A stretch of DNA of 32,000 nt, taken from sequence record CP084607.1, one strand, 5' to 3'. The notes under the pieces were generated by a model. It searched no databases, was not told the origin of the DNA, and saw nothing but the letters and a program-made list of their open reading frames with translations. Position numbers and translations under genes: made by a program. Shown here piece after piece: positions 11,952 to 21,611 of the stretch (position 1 is its first letter; each line of letters starts with the position of its first letter).

Positions 11952-14900
11952 TTATTTTGGATCAGAAAAATTTCTAGTTGTCGCTGACATAGGTAGGTGA
12001 TTTGGCAAGACTTGTTTTTCAGAAAGCTTTTCTTCTTTATTTTTATTTTGAAGAGACTCTAGTGGAGTTTGATAGAGTTGAAGATCAAAACAGAGAGCTT
12101 GTAGTTCACGAAGGATTACTTTAAAACTTTCTGGACTTCCTGAAGGTAAAGATTTTCCTGCGTAAATTTGAACAACAGTTTGTTTTCTTCCTTCAATATC
12201 GTCTGATTTTAAGGTTAACAATTCATGTAAAGTGGCAGCAGCGCCATAGGCTTGTAAAGCCCAAACTTCCATTTCGCCCAAGCGTTGACCACCATTTCTT
12301 GATCGTCCTCGAACGGGTTGTTGAGTTACTGCAGAATAAGGGCCCGTTGAACGAGCATGGATTTTATCGTCAACTAAATGAACTAATTTCAAAATATAGG
12401 CACAACCTACTGTAATTGGTTGATCAAAAGGAAGGCCTGTTCGGCCATCAAAAAGCCGAATTTTGCCCGGATGGTGTGGTTCAAATAACCAAGGATTTCG
12501 GCTTTTAATTGATGCTTCATAAAGTTTTGAGTATACCGCACTTCTCGAAGATTCGGCCCCAAAGCGTTCATCAAATAGATTTGTTGTATAACTCTCTTCT
12601 AAATAACGACCGGCTAACCCTAAAAGGCATTCGAGAATTTGCCCAACATTCATTCGAGAAGGAACACCTAAAGGATTTAAGACAATATCAATAGGAGTGC
12701 CATCCGGTAAATATGGCATATCATGACAAGGTAAAATTTTTGAAACGATTCCTTTATTTCCGTGTCTTCCAGCCATTTTATCACCTACTTGAATTTTTCG
12801 TTTTTGTAAAAGAATAACCCGAACACGTAAAATGTCGTCCTTCTCGGCTAAGGCGGCAACATCTGGTTCCTGAGCCGGTAAAATTTGAATACCTAAAACA
12901 AACCCTTGGACTCCTTTTGGAACGCGTAAACTACTATTTCGGAATTGAGGTTTTTCACGTTTTAAAATCGCGTTATATAGTTTTTCATATTGGCTTTCTA
13001 TTGAAGGTCTTTTTGGGTTTAAGGGGCTTACTTTTCCAACTAAGTAATCTCCCTCTTCAACCCAGCTTCCAATTTCAACTAATCCTCGAGAATCTAATTT
13101 TTCAATCTTTACTTTTTCACGGTCTGACTCTATCGTTTTTAAAGGCACTTGATTTGTAATACGTTCTAAACCATATTGTGTGTTTTTAACTTCAATATCA
13201 TAATGATCAAGATGAAGTGATGTAAAAATATCCTCATCAACTAATCTTTGATTTATTAAAATCGCATCTTCAAAATTATATCCCTCCCATGGAAGATACG
13301 CTACTAAAATATTTTGCCCAATAGAAAGTTTTCCTTGCGAACTTGCTGCTCCATCAACTAGAATATCACCCTTTTCTACCCAAATTTTTTCTGAAAAAAT
13401 TGGTCGTTCTAAAAGACAAGTACTTTGATTAGTCCGTTGATATTTTGTTACATTATATGTTTTGTGAGAATTGGTATCTTGAAAGTTATCCTTAAGAAGG
13501 ATTGAACTGACTAATTTATTTGTCTTTCTATTTTCTCTGTGATCAATCCCTTTAGCCTGTAAGCTCGAAACACCAAAACCTTGGTCTACAAAAAACTGGT
13601 CAGCACTCATTGTTGACGTTTTTTGTAGACCAAATGAAGCCACTGAAACAATGGAGCCTGCCCTTATTAAGATTAAAGGCTTGGTAAATTTTTTACCAAA
13701 ATTAAACTGATTTTTTTGTTACTATAGGAACGGAGACGCATTAAATTAGCAAAATCAAGATTTACATAAAATTTATCCCGCAACGTCCTTGCAGTTTTTC
13801 CAGGAAAAACTGCACGAGAAGACTTGTAAAGTGGCGAAAAGAGTGTTTTTTTAGGATAAAAGCTATTTCGTAAAATCGAAATTATTTTTGGTTTTGAAAG
13901 GCTTTGATTGTTTTTTTCCTCCCAAAGTTTTTGTTTTAAATTAGTAGGATCAAGTGTAGGCGATAATCTCATTAGGTCACGAGAAAACGAGCCCTTTCCC
14001 AAAATTGGTGACAATTTTGAGGACCAACTGCTTGGGAATTTTTTTGAAAGTTGAGAAACTCGATAAGGAAATTTTTTAGGAGTTAAAATCTTTATCGTTT
14101 GAGATGTAACTTTAGTAATATAACCACTTTGAGAAACTTGAAGACTATAATGACCATCAGAGAGAACTCGAGTTTCAAGTCCAGTACCAACAAGCGGTGC
14201 TTGTGGTGTCAAAACAGGAACAGCTTGACGTTGCATATTTGAGCCCATGAGAGCTCGATTAGCATCATCATGCTCTAAAAAAGGAATCAAACTTGTAGCA
14301 ACGGAAAGGTTTTGTAAAATCCCTACCGATTGTGTAGTAATTTTCGTTGAGAGTTCATAATCGAAATTCAGCTCTTTTCTGACTGGAAGAAAACTTTTTG
14401 GTAACACATTCCAAGGTGTTAATTCAATATCTGCCTGAGTTCCAATTAATTGAGATTCAGTTCGAGGTGAAATAGATAGAGGTGGTAAATTTCTTTGAAC
14501 TTGTCCTTTATAAACAGGAAAAAAAGGTGTATTGACAGTCCCACACAAATCATTAGAAAGAGTAGCGAAAATAGTAAAAGAATTTACAAGCCCAGCATTT
14601 TGCCCCTCGGGTGTTTCTATTGGGCAAAATCGACCATAATATGTTGGATGGATTCCTCGAATTTGAATAGTTGTTTGCTTATTACTTATCCCGCCAGGCC
14701 CTAAAACAGTAAGGCGTCTTTTATGTGTTACTTCAGCTAAGGGATTGGTTTGATCCATAAATTGCGCTAAGGTTCCACTGGTAAAAAATCGTTTCCAAGA
14801 TTTACTTACAGTTTTTGAAAAAAATGCTTTATTTTGCCGCCATACTAAATCAATTGGATTCTCAATGGTCCTTTCAATGAGAGGTGAGGGTTTAATTAAC

Positions 14901-16151
14901 TTTTTGCCTTCTTTTTCTCCAAAATAAGATTTTTTTTCAAGAAAGCTTGTAACTTTTTTGAAAGAACCTTGACCGACTTTTACGAATACATCGTTTTTGG
15001 GGGTAGATGATGCTGCACTATTCAATTTTCTTTGAAAAAAAACTTCAAAGTCTTTGATTCCTATAACTAATTGCTCAAGTAAAAAATCATCACAGCCTCG
15101 AATACGTTTTTGTGTTAAACTATCAATTTCATCGCCAATTCGTTCCTTATAGATCAGATCCAGAAGTGCTTGACTTGCTCTTAAAAGATCATCAACAGTC
15201 AGCGACCAATTGCTTTCAGGTTCTGGACTTCCAACCTTTTCTCGAAATTGCTGACGTCCAATTTTACCTAAAATTAATTTGTCTTTATTCCAGATTGTTG
15301 TGGAAAAAAATTCTCGAGCTGTAAAATCATTGATTTCTGAATTTTTTCGAATATAAGGGCTATATTGAAGAAAATGCGAATAAAGATAACGACAAGCTTC
15401 TTGTTGAGTTCTTGGGTGTTCTAATAAACCAGCATTTTCTAAAATTTGATCGTGCCTACTTTTTCCCGTAAGGAATGGCTTGACAATATTTCTAAAATTT
15501 GAGAATTTTTTAAAAAAGATAAGACTTCAGAACTAGAAAGGCCCAATGCTTGTAAAAAAACAAGCAGAGAAACCTTTCGGCGTAAACTTCGAGTTGAAAA
15601 CCAGACACGGTTTTTTTTATCCACAGTTAAATTGATCCACCCCCTTTTTCCGGAACAATTCGGATAGTCGCACTTTGCGTTCTTGAATCACGTGGAATTG
15701 TGTAAATTCCCGGATTTCGAATCATTTGGTGCAAAACAACACGAGGAATTCCATTAATCAAAAAATGACCTTGTTGGGTCATAAGTGGTAAGACACCCAC
15801 AAAAAGCCACTCGACGCGGAAAAAGGAAGAAGATTTAGATCGAATACCTATTGGCATATAAACGGACGAACCGTATGTTTTCCCAAGAACAGAGGCTTTT
15901 TTTTGTGTCAAGTCAGGTTTTCGAAATTGAACAAATTCAGGAAAGAATAAAATTTCTAAATCATGTGTGGTTGTTGAAAAGCGAAGAGGCTCTTGAAAAG
16001 CTTGTTTCAAGCCATGTTCTATAAAAGAGTAAAAACGTTCACGTTGTACATCAATCAGATTTGGAATTTCAGTAGAAAAGTGAAACTGTGAATAATCCTT
16101 TTTCTTTTCAATTTGGTTTCTACTTATAAGCCGTTTTTTAATAGCGCTCAT
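11952..16151 (-). CDS. rpoB: RNA polymerase beta subunit, expanded (about 1400 codons) with three frame breaks
   Basis: Collinear ORFs are 15627..16151 (N-terminus, FLINGIPRVVLHQMIRNPGIY), 15439..15624 (DKKNRVWFSTRSLRRKVSLLVFLQALGL), 13673..15025 with its open frame extending up to about 15470 (GDEIDSLTQKRIRG...RLTVLGPGGIS...HPTYYGRFCPIETPEGQNAGLV...MGSNMQRQAVP), and 11952..13643 (LVAYLPWEGYNFEDAILIN...GDKMAGRHGNKGIVSKI...PFDQPITVGCAYILKLVHLVDDKIHARSTGPYS...GGQRLGEMEVWAL). Breaks lie at C5/T5 15640-15649, about 15460-15470, and T6/T7 13689-13717. Confidence 0.92.
13787..13821 (+). repeat. Family F hairpin repeat inside the rpoB insertion
   Basis: ccttgcagtttttccaggaaaaactgcacgagaag. Confidence 0.85.
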
Positions 16152-16391
16152 TTTGAATTGTAAAAGATATGTTTGTTGTTTTTCAAAACTTTATGATAAT
16201 ATTAGTGCTAAGTTGAAAAGATTGTTTTCGCAAAAACTTACTTCACTTCCTGAAAACAGAGTGACAGATCGAGAGGTTCGAAAAGGGGTATTTGTTCGCC
16301 CAGATTTGGTGTGCGTTTGGTGTTTTTTCAGGAACAAAAAAGATAAAAAAGCCAAACTAAAATTTTTTAAAAGACTTTTTACAAATCAAAA

Positions 16392-16463
16392 GGCGGTATA
16401 GCCAAGTGGTAAGGCAGTGGATTGCAAATCCTCCATTCCCCAGTTCGAATCTGGGTGCCGCCT
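16392..16463 (+). tRNA. trnC(GCA): tRNA-Cys (GCA)
   Basis: GGCGGTATAGCCAAGTGGTAAGGCAGTGGATTGCAAATCCTCCATTCCCCAGTTCGAATCTGGGTGCCGCCT. Acceptor GGCGGTA/TGCCGCC, anticodon loop TTGCAAA, T arm CCCAG-TTCGAAT-CTGGG. Confidence 0.85.
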
Positions 16464-16529
16464 ATATGTTTTAGAAAGAACTAATAAAAAATTTGTTTGA
16501 CTCTAATTCGTCCAAAAAATTCTTAAGCC

Positions 16530-16580
16530 CTCTTCAATGTCCATTTAAACTTTCATAAAGTTTAAATGGACATTGAAGAG
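16530..16580 (+). terminator. Perfect 23-bp stem-loop downstream of trnC
   Basis: ctcttcaatgtccatttaaactt - tcata - aagtttaaatggacattgaagag. It is not a member of the dispersed repeat families seen elsewhere in the window. Confidence 0.4.
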
Positions 16581-17355
16581 AGTGAATAAAAGTTGAACAA
16601 ACTTGAGCTACTTGCTTTTCCTTTTTTGAAATAAAAAAAAGGCACCAATTTAAAATGGTTTTTGGAAAAAAGTAACCTTTTTGGCGCACAACAAACATCC
16701 AATGATTCTTAATCAAAGAATTAAAATAAATTTGTAGGACTGGTCTGGGGATTTGGGTTCTAGATTTTTAAGTAATTTTGGTTGTATTATAATTTTAGGT
16801 TACAAGATTATCATTGTACCTTTTTAGATGGCATGGACTACAAACTTTGCTAAGGTTTATTGCTAAAGGAAGGAATACCATGGTTTCGACTAGAAATACA
16901 TTTTTAAAATCAATTTAAAGAATTGTTTTTAAAGAGATTCATCTTTATCCCACCATTTTCAACCTTTAATGCTGCTTCTTTTCAGGTCTGACACGATTTT
17001 GAGTTGAAGAATGCAGATTGATGAATCTCATACTCTAGACTAACATAAAAAAAAAAATTTCTGTCGCTTTTTTTGTTTTAACCTGCTCTCGGTCTTTTTT
17101 GAACCAAAAAAGATAAAACAAGGCCTTATTTAAAAACTAACACTAAAGAAAACTAGTCAAATAACTATAATGTCATAAAACTATTAAACTAAAAAAACGA
17201 CAGGAAAGAAAAAAAGCCTTAACTACTAACCGAATTGACTAAGCATGAAAAAATTTTGTTGTTTAGGCCAGGTGCTCGTTTAGAAAATAATTCATTTGAA
17301 ACCGTTTTAATTAGAAAGTAATAAACATTGAAAAAAAATTTTAAATTTTTCATTA

Positions 17356-17384
17356 TTGCAACAAAATGCCATACAGTGTATACT
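17356..17384 (+). promoter_or_regulatory. Sigma70-type (PEP) promoter candidate for trnR
   Basis: TTGCAA (17356-17361), 17-nt spacer, TATACT (17379-17384), ending 19 nt before trnR. Confidence 0.35.
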
Positions 17385-17402
17385 CCAGCTAGTAATAAAC
17401 AA

Positions 17403-17476
17403 GGGCTTGTAGCTCAGTGGACTAGAGCACGCGGCTACGAACCGCGGTGTCGGGGGTTCGAATCCCTCCTTGCCCG
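17403..17476 (+). tRNA. trnR(ACG): tRNA-Arg (ACG)
   Basis: GGGCTTGTAGCTCAGTGGACTAGAGCACGCGGCTACGAACCGCGGTGTCGGGGGTTCGAATCCCTCCTTGCCCG. Anticodon stem CGCGG/CCGCG, loop CTACGAA. Very close to the canonical plastid trnR-ACG. Confidence 0.85.
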
Positions 17477-17647
17477 AGATTCCTTTTTAAAATAGTAATG
17501 TAATTTAAATTTTCTAAGAAACCTGAAAAATCTTTAAATAAACTTTGGTGTCTTTTTTGTAAATAAAGAAGACAAAGAAAAGAATGAATTAGTGTCATTT
17601 TTTGTGTGTAAAAAATGTCAGATGTTTTTTATTCATTAAGTTTGGAT

Positions 17648-17728
17648 TGCCTTTGGTCGGACTCGAACCGACACGTCAAGTGACACCAGTTCCTAAAACT
17701 GGCACGTCTACCATTCCGTCACAAAGGC
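17648..17728 (-). tRNA. trnL(UAG): tRNA-Leu (UAG), type II with long variable arm
   Basis: Reverse complement GCCTTTGTGACGGAATGGTAGACGTGCCAGTTTTAGGAACTGGTGTCACTTGACGTGTCGGTTCGAGTCCGACCAAAGGCA. Anticodon stem CCAGT/ACTGG, loop TTTAGGA. Confidence 0.85.
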
Positions 17729-17800
17729 TAGCTTGCAAGTTGTATTATAAAACAAAACCTCGTTTTTTCAAAAAAGTTAAAAAAGGTTCTTTGAACCTTT

Positions 17801-17826
17801 CCTCAAAATTGTTCACAATTTTGAGG
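17801..17826. repeat. Family A palindrome with the shared flank (inverted copy of 11609-11659)
   Basis: cctcaaaattgttcacaattttgagg followed by accaaatgggatttttcaaggaaa. Confidence 0.9.
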
Positions 17827-17902
17827 ACCAAATGGGATTTTTCAAGGAAAATGGAGAGACGCATTTCACACAAAAGTAAGAGTATCTTTTTGTTCGCTTT
17901 TT

Positions 17903-17911
17903 TGTTATAAT
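17903..17911 (+). promoter_or_regulatory. Extended -10 promoter candidate for trnV
   Basis: TGtTATAAT matches TGnTATAAT exactly and ends 12 nt before trnV. No good -35 element. Confidence 0.3.
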
Positions 17912-17922
17912 ATTCGTAACAA

Positions 17923-17995
17923 AGGCCTTTAGCTCAGCTGGTAGAGCGGCTGCCTTACAAGCAGCGGGTCATCGGTTCGAACCCGGTAGGGCCTA
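17923..17995 (+). tRNA. trnV(UAC): tRNA-Val (UAC), no intron
   Basis: AGGCCTTTAGCTCAGCTGGTAGAGCGGCTGCCTTACAAGCAGCGGGTCATCGGTTCGAACCCGGTAGGGCCTA. Anticodon stem GCTGC/GCAGC, loop CTTACAA. Confidence 0.85.
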
Positions 17996-18123
17996 ATGTG
18001 TTTTTATTTGAAAGCTACAGTACAATTAAGAAAACCCTCGTTTTTGTTTCCCTTTTTTATATAATAGTAAAAAGATTAACTTTTTTAATTTTGTTAATCA
18101 TCAATTTTTTCAAAGGAGTGTTT

Positions 18124-18234
18124 ATGAGTGCACAATTCTTGCCGAGCATTTTAGTTCCATTAGTTGGACTTGTTTTTCCTGCAGTAGCGATGGCTTCTAT
18201 GTTTCTTTATATCGAAAAAGAAGAAATTAATTAA
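18124..18234 (+). CDS. psaI: Photosystem I subunit VIII (PsaI), 36 aa
   Basis: [36 protein letters not shown] matches the conserved PsaI core LPSI(L/F)[10 protein letters not shown](I/V)AMAS. AAGGAG lies 5 nt upstream of the ATG. The upstream part of ORF 17998..18234 is not conserved. Confidence 0.85.
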   Translation: MSAQFLPSILVPLVGLVFPAVAMASMFLYIEKEEIN

Positions 18235-18327
18235 GTTTATTTTTAACCAAATAACAAGTTTTTTAGGTCTGTCGGCTTTTTGTTGATTTTAAAACTTAAA
18301 ACAATTTTTCAATAAGTGTTTTCATGT

Positions 18328-18405
18328 CCTTGAAAAAAGACTTTTTCATGGTTCTTCCAAAAATGAACAGTTTTGGAACAGAACGCAGAAAAAGTCTTTT
18401 TCAAG
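18328..18405 (+). repeat. Composite hairpin repeat family C, with a family-D-like hairpin nested in its loop
   Basis: ccttgaaaaaaGACtttttcatggttc [ttccaaaaatgaacagttttggaa] cagaacgcagaaaaaGTCtttttcaag. Confidence 0.8.
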
Positions 18406-18578
18406 TTGGTTCCAAAATTTATTGAAATTTTTGGAAAATAACCTTTTCCTTAAATGAAAGCCAAAGCAAGATTGATTCCAAGAAAAAAATATAAAAACAA
18501 TATCCAAAACAAAATTTTTTTCCTTTATCGTGTTCTTTATCATATAGTATTTTTTTGTTATATTAAAATTAAGAAATT

Positions 18579-18636
18579 TTTTCGTTTTGTTTTCTTTTAT
18601 TTTTTAACTAAAACTTAAAAGAAAACAAAACGAAAA
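18579..18636. repeat. Perfect 20-bp inverted repeat with an 18-nt loop
   Basis: ttttcgttttgttttctttt ... aaaagaaaacaaaacgaaaa in the psaI-accD spacer. Confidence 0.8.
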
Positions 18637-18783
18637 TAATCTTACGAATACTTAACCAAAAGCTAAACTAAACGATTTTCACCTGATTTAAACAATCGAA
18701 GGTTTTTGTTTTTCTAAAATCTTTTTAGGTAGGATCGACTGAGAAAGCTTATTTGTGGGAAAGAGGTTAGCAAGCGGTCCTTG

Positions 18784-18852
18784 CCTTGAAAAATTTTCTT
18801 TTTCATGGTTCAAAGAACGCAGAAAAAGAAAATTTTTCAAGTTCTGCAGAAC
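18784..18852 (+). repeat. Family C composite hairpin unit
   Basis: ccttgaaaaaTTTTCtttttcatggttc aaa gaacgcagaaaaaGAAAAtttttcaag ttctgcagaac. Confidence 0.85.
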
Positions 18853-18911
18853 TTTTTTTTTTTTTTTTACTAGAGGCAAAGTCAAAAAATAACAACAAAT
18901 GAGGATGTATT

Positions 18912-20070
18912 ATGTCAATTCTTTCATGGATCGAGAATCAACGCAAATTAAAATTGCTAAATGCACCTAAATATAATCAACCAGAGTCGGACGTTAGTCA
19001 AGGTCTTTGGACACGTTGTGATCATTGCGGTGTTATTTTATATATAAAACACTTAAAAGAAAATCAACGTGTATGTTTCGGTTGCGGTTATCACTTACAA
19101 ATGAGTAGTACTGAACGAATTGAATATTTAATTGATAGTGGTACTTGGCGTCCTTTTGATGAAACTGTTTCCCCATGTGATCCTCTAGAATTTCGTGATC
19201 AAAAAGCCTATACTGAGCGATTAAAAGATGCACAAGAACGAACCGGCCTGCAAGATGCCGTTCAAACAGGAACTGGATTACTGGATGGCATACCAGTTGT
19301 TTTAGGTGTTATGGACTTTAATTTTATGGGTGGTAGTATGGGATCTGTCGTTGGTGAAAAAATTACCCGTTTAATTGAATATGCTACACAACACGGTTTA
19401 CCTGTGATTTTAGTTTGTGCTTCCGGTGGAGCTCGAATGCAGGAAGGTATTTTAAGTCTTATGCAAATGGCAAAAATTTCAGCAGTCTCTTCATGTTCAC
19501 CAAAATTGTGCGAATCTTTTATATATTTCTGTTTTAACTTCCCCAACAACAGGTGGTGTAACCGCCAGTTTTGCCATGTTAGGTGATTTAATTTTTGCTG
19601 AACCGAAGGCTCTTATTGGGTTTGCAGGGCGCCGAGTTATTGAACAAACATTGCAGGAACAATTACCAGATGATTTTCAAACCGCAGAATATTTACTACA
19701 TCATGGTCTTCTTGATTTAATCGTGCCGAGATCTTTTTTAAAACAAGCTTTGTCCGAAACATTAACACTTTATAAAGAAGCTCCATTGAAAATTCATGGA
19801 CAAATACCATACGGTGAGCGCGGTGCACTCACAAAAGTTCGCGAAGAACAGCTTCGTCGTTTTCTTCAAGCTTCTAAAAATCCGGAATATAAACAACTTG
19901 TTAGTGAACTGGAAGAATTATGTCAGATATTAGACGGAGATAAAGAGAAATTGAATTTTTCCAATCCAGAACTGATTAAAAAAACTTTTGATTTAGCAAG
20001 CCAAACAAAAAAACGTTTAGATTGGTTGAACTCTGAAGCGACCGAATTTCGTATTCAAACGATTTCTTAA
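18912..20070 (+). CDS. accD: Acetyl-CoA carboxylase carboxyltransferase beta subunit; one frame break
   Basis: ORF 18912..19586 has the zinc ribbon [26 protein letters not shown] and [25 protein letters not shown]...[19 protein letters not shown]. The next frame reads [54 protein letters not shown] (ORF 19576..20070 extended upstream). The break is at about 19482-19490 (gcagtctct), not in a homopolymer. Confidence 0.9.
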
Positions 20071-20130
20071 CCAAATTGAAAATCAACTTTAATATTTGTT
20101 TCAAAAATTATCCAAATGGGTGCCTGTTTT

Positions 20131-20290
20131 GGTTCCTTGAAAAAACATCCTTTTTTTCAAGTTCTGCAGAACCAAAATTTTCAGAAATTTTGGGAACTGA
20201 ATGCAGGAAAAAGGATGTTTTGGTGCCTTTTTTGACCTCAAAAAAGGCAAAAAGTTGGTTCCAAAAATTTCTGAAAATTTTTGGAAAAAG
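20131..20290 (+). repeat. 160-nt tandem mosaic of repeat modules (C, D, E, D) filling the accD-cysA spacer
   Basis: ggttccttgaaaaaacatcctttttttcaagttctgcagaacc / aaaattttcagaaattttggg / ...gcaggaaaaaggatgtttt / ggtgccttttttgacctcaaaaaaggca / ggttccaaaaatttctgaaaatttttggaaaaag. Confidence 0.8.
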
Positions 20291-20355
20291 AAATTCCAAA
20301 TCCAAAAAAAGGATAGGATAAGCAAATCAAAAAATGCAAACTTAAACATCAAGAT

Positions 20356-21096
20356 ATGAGTATTTTAGTTGAAAATATATCTAAAACTTTTGGTTCTTTT
20401 CAAGCTCTTGATAGGGTTAATTTAGAAATAAAAAACGGATCTTTAGTTGGCCTTTTAGGACCATCAGGATCCGGAAAATCCACACTGTTAAGAGTTTTAG
20501 CTGGGCTCGAAAAACCAGATTCTGGCCGAATTTGGTTAGAAGGTCAAGATGCTACACACATGAAACTTCAAGATCGAGAAATTGGATTTGTTTTTCAAAA
20601 TTATGCGTTATTTCCACATCTTACAGTGTCGGAAAACATTGCATTTGGGCTTGATATTAAAAAAATTGATCCGACGCTCAGAAAGAAGCGTGTTCAAGAA
20701 CTTCTCAAATTAATGCAATTAGAAAAATTTGGTGATAGTTATGCAAATCAACTTTCTGGTGGACAACGACAAAGAGTCGCCTTAGCAAGAGCTTTAGCGG
20801 TTGAACCGAAGGTTTTATTATTAGACGAGCCGTTTGCAGCTTTAGACGCTAAAATTAGAAAACAATTGCGCTCTTGGCTTCGTGAACTGCATCATCAAAT
20901 TTCTGTAACAACCGTTTTCGTAACGCACGATCATTCAGAAGCTATGGAATTAGCACAAGAAATTGTAATCTTGGAAAATGGACAGATTCTTCAGATTGGA
21001 AGTGCGCAAGAACTTTCTGATCATCCTACCAATTCTTTTGTTATAGATTTTTTAGAACTTCATCAAGAGAAGAATTTATTACAAATCGAAAAATAG
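20356..21096 (+). CDS. cysA: Sulfate ABC transporter ATP-binding subunit, nucleotide-binding domain only (245 aa)
   Basis: Walker [11 protein letters not shown]-loop region, ABC signature [15 protein letters not shown], Walker [13 protein letters not shown]-loop VTHD. The N-terminus is typical of CysA. Confidence 0.9.
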   Translation: MSILVENISKTFGSFQALDRVNLEIKNGSLVGLLGPSGSGKSTLLRVLAGLEKPDSGRIWLEGQDATHMKLQDREIGFVFQNYALFPHLTVSENIAFGLDIKKIDPTLRKKRVQELLKLMQLEKFGDSYANQLSGGQRQRVALARALAVEPKVLLLDEPFAALDAKIRKQLRSWLRELHHQISVTTVFVTHDHSEAMELAQEIVILENGQILQIGSAQELSDHPTNSFVIDFLELHQEKNLLQIEK

Positions 21097-21167
21097 CCCT
21101 TTACCGGACTTGAACCGGCGACTTTTTGCTTACCATGCAAATACTCTACCAACTGAGTTAAAAGGGC
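21095..21167 (-). tRNA. trnT(GGU): tRNA-Thr (GGU)
   Basis: Reverse complement GCCCTTTTAACTCAGTTGGTAGAGTATTTGCATGGTAAGCAAAAAGTCGCCGGTTCAAGTCCGGTAAAGGGCT. Anticodon stem TTTGC/GCAAA, loop ATGGTAA. Its 3' end overlaps the cysA stop codon by 2 nt. Confidence 0.85.
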
Positions 21168-21611
21168 ATTAGAAATTAGTTTATCTCAACCTCAAAATCC
21201 ACAAACTTTTACAAAAGTCTCCACAAAATCAAGTTATATTCCTTAAAAAATAGCATTTCTAATGGTAGCTTTCTGGTCTAAATTTTTCTCATTCACCTAG
21301 AAGTTTTTAGTGATACAAAAAAAACTTCTAGGTTTCATTTTTCGTTAAAAATGAGATTAAAGTAATAAAAAAGAGGAGTAGGAAAAAGCTTTCAAAAACA
21401 TTATAATAAAAAAAAAATTATAAGATCTAGTATTACAAAAACCTAAAACAAAAAATTGAAAATTCTTTTATTTCTAAAACAATTCTTTTAGTAGGTTTAG
21501 AGTTAGTTCTAAAAAGTCTAAAAGAACAATATTCATATTGTTCAAATTACTTTTGAACATCGAATTTTTTTATATTCTCAAAAAGAACTGTTTTTTTACA
21601 ATAAGAACCAA

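Noticed and set aside
13643-13720. rpoB as two separate genes (rpoB1/rpoB2, as in some chlorophycean plastids), because ORF 13673..15025 ends in a stop and ORF 11952..13643 starts in another frame
   Set aside because: The downstream frame is already open for about 14 codons before the stop, and the overlap contains T6 and T7 runs (13689-13694, 13711-13717). A single added base fuses the two frames (...LILVKK-FTKPLILIRAGSIVSVASFGLQ...). There is no spacer, start-codon context or ribosome-binding site. Given the window-wide homopolymer problem, one continuous gene is more likely.
20076-20352. Repeat-derived ORFs: 20076..20321(+), 20101..20352(-), 20108..20305(-), 16153..16401(+), 17602..17910(+), 18346..18543(-), 18688..18885(-), 21547..21762(-), 26461..26703(+), 27258..27443(+), 29866..30057(-), 30016..30216(+), 8541..8729(-), 10513..10782(-)
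   Set aside because: Their sequences are translations of the palindromic spacer repeats. The same peptides (SKLFTILR, LRTKWDFSRK, FLKIFGK-like) recur on both strands, or they run through tRNA genes. They have low-complexity K/F-rich composition and no conserved domains.
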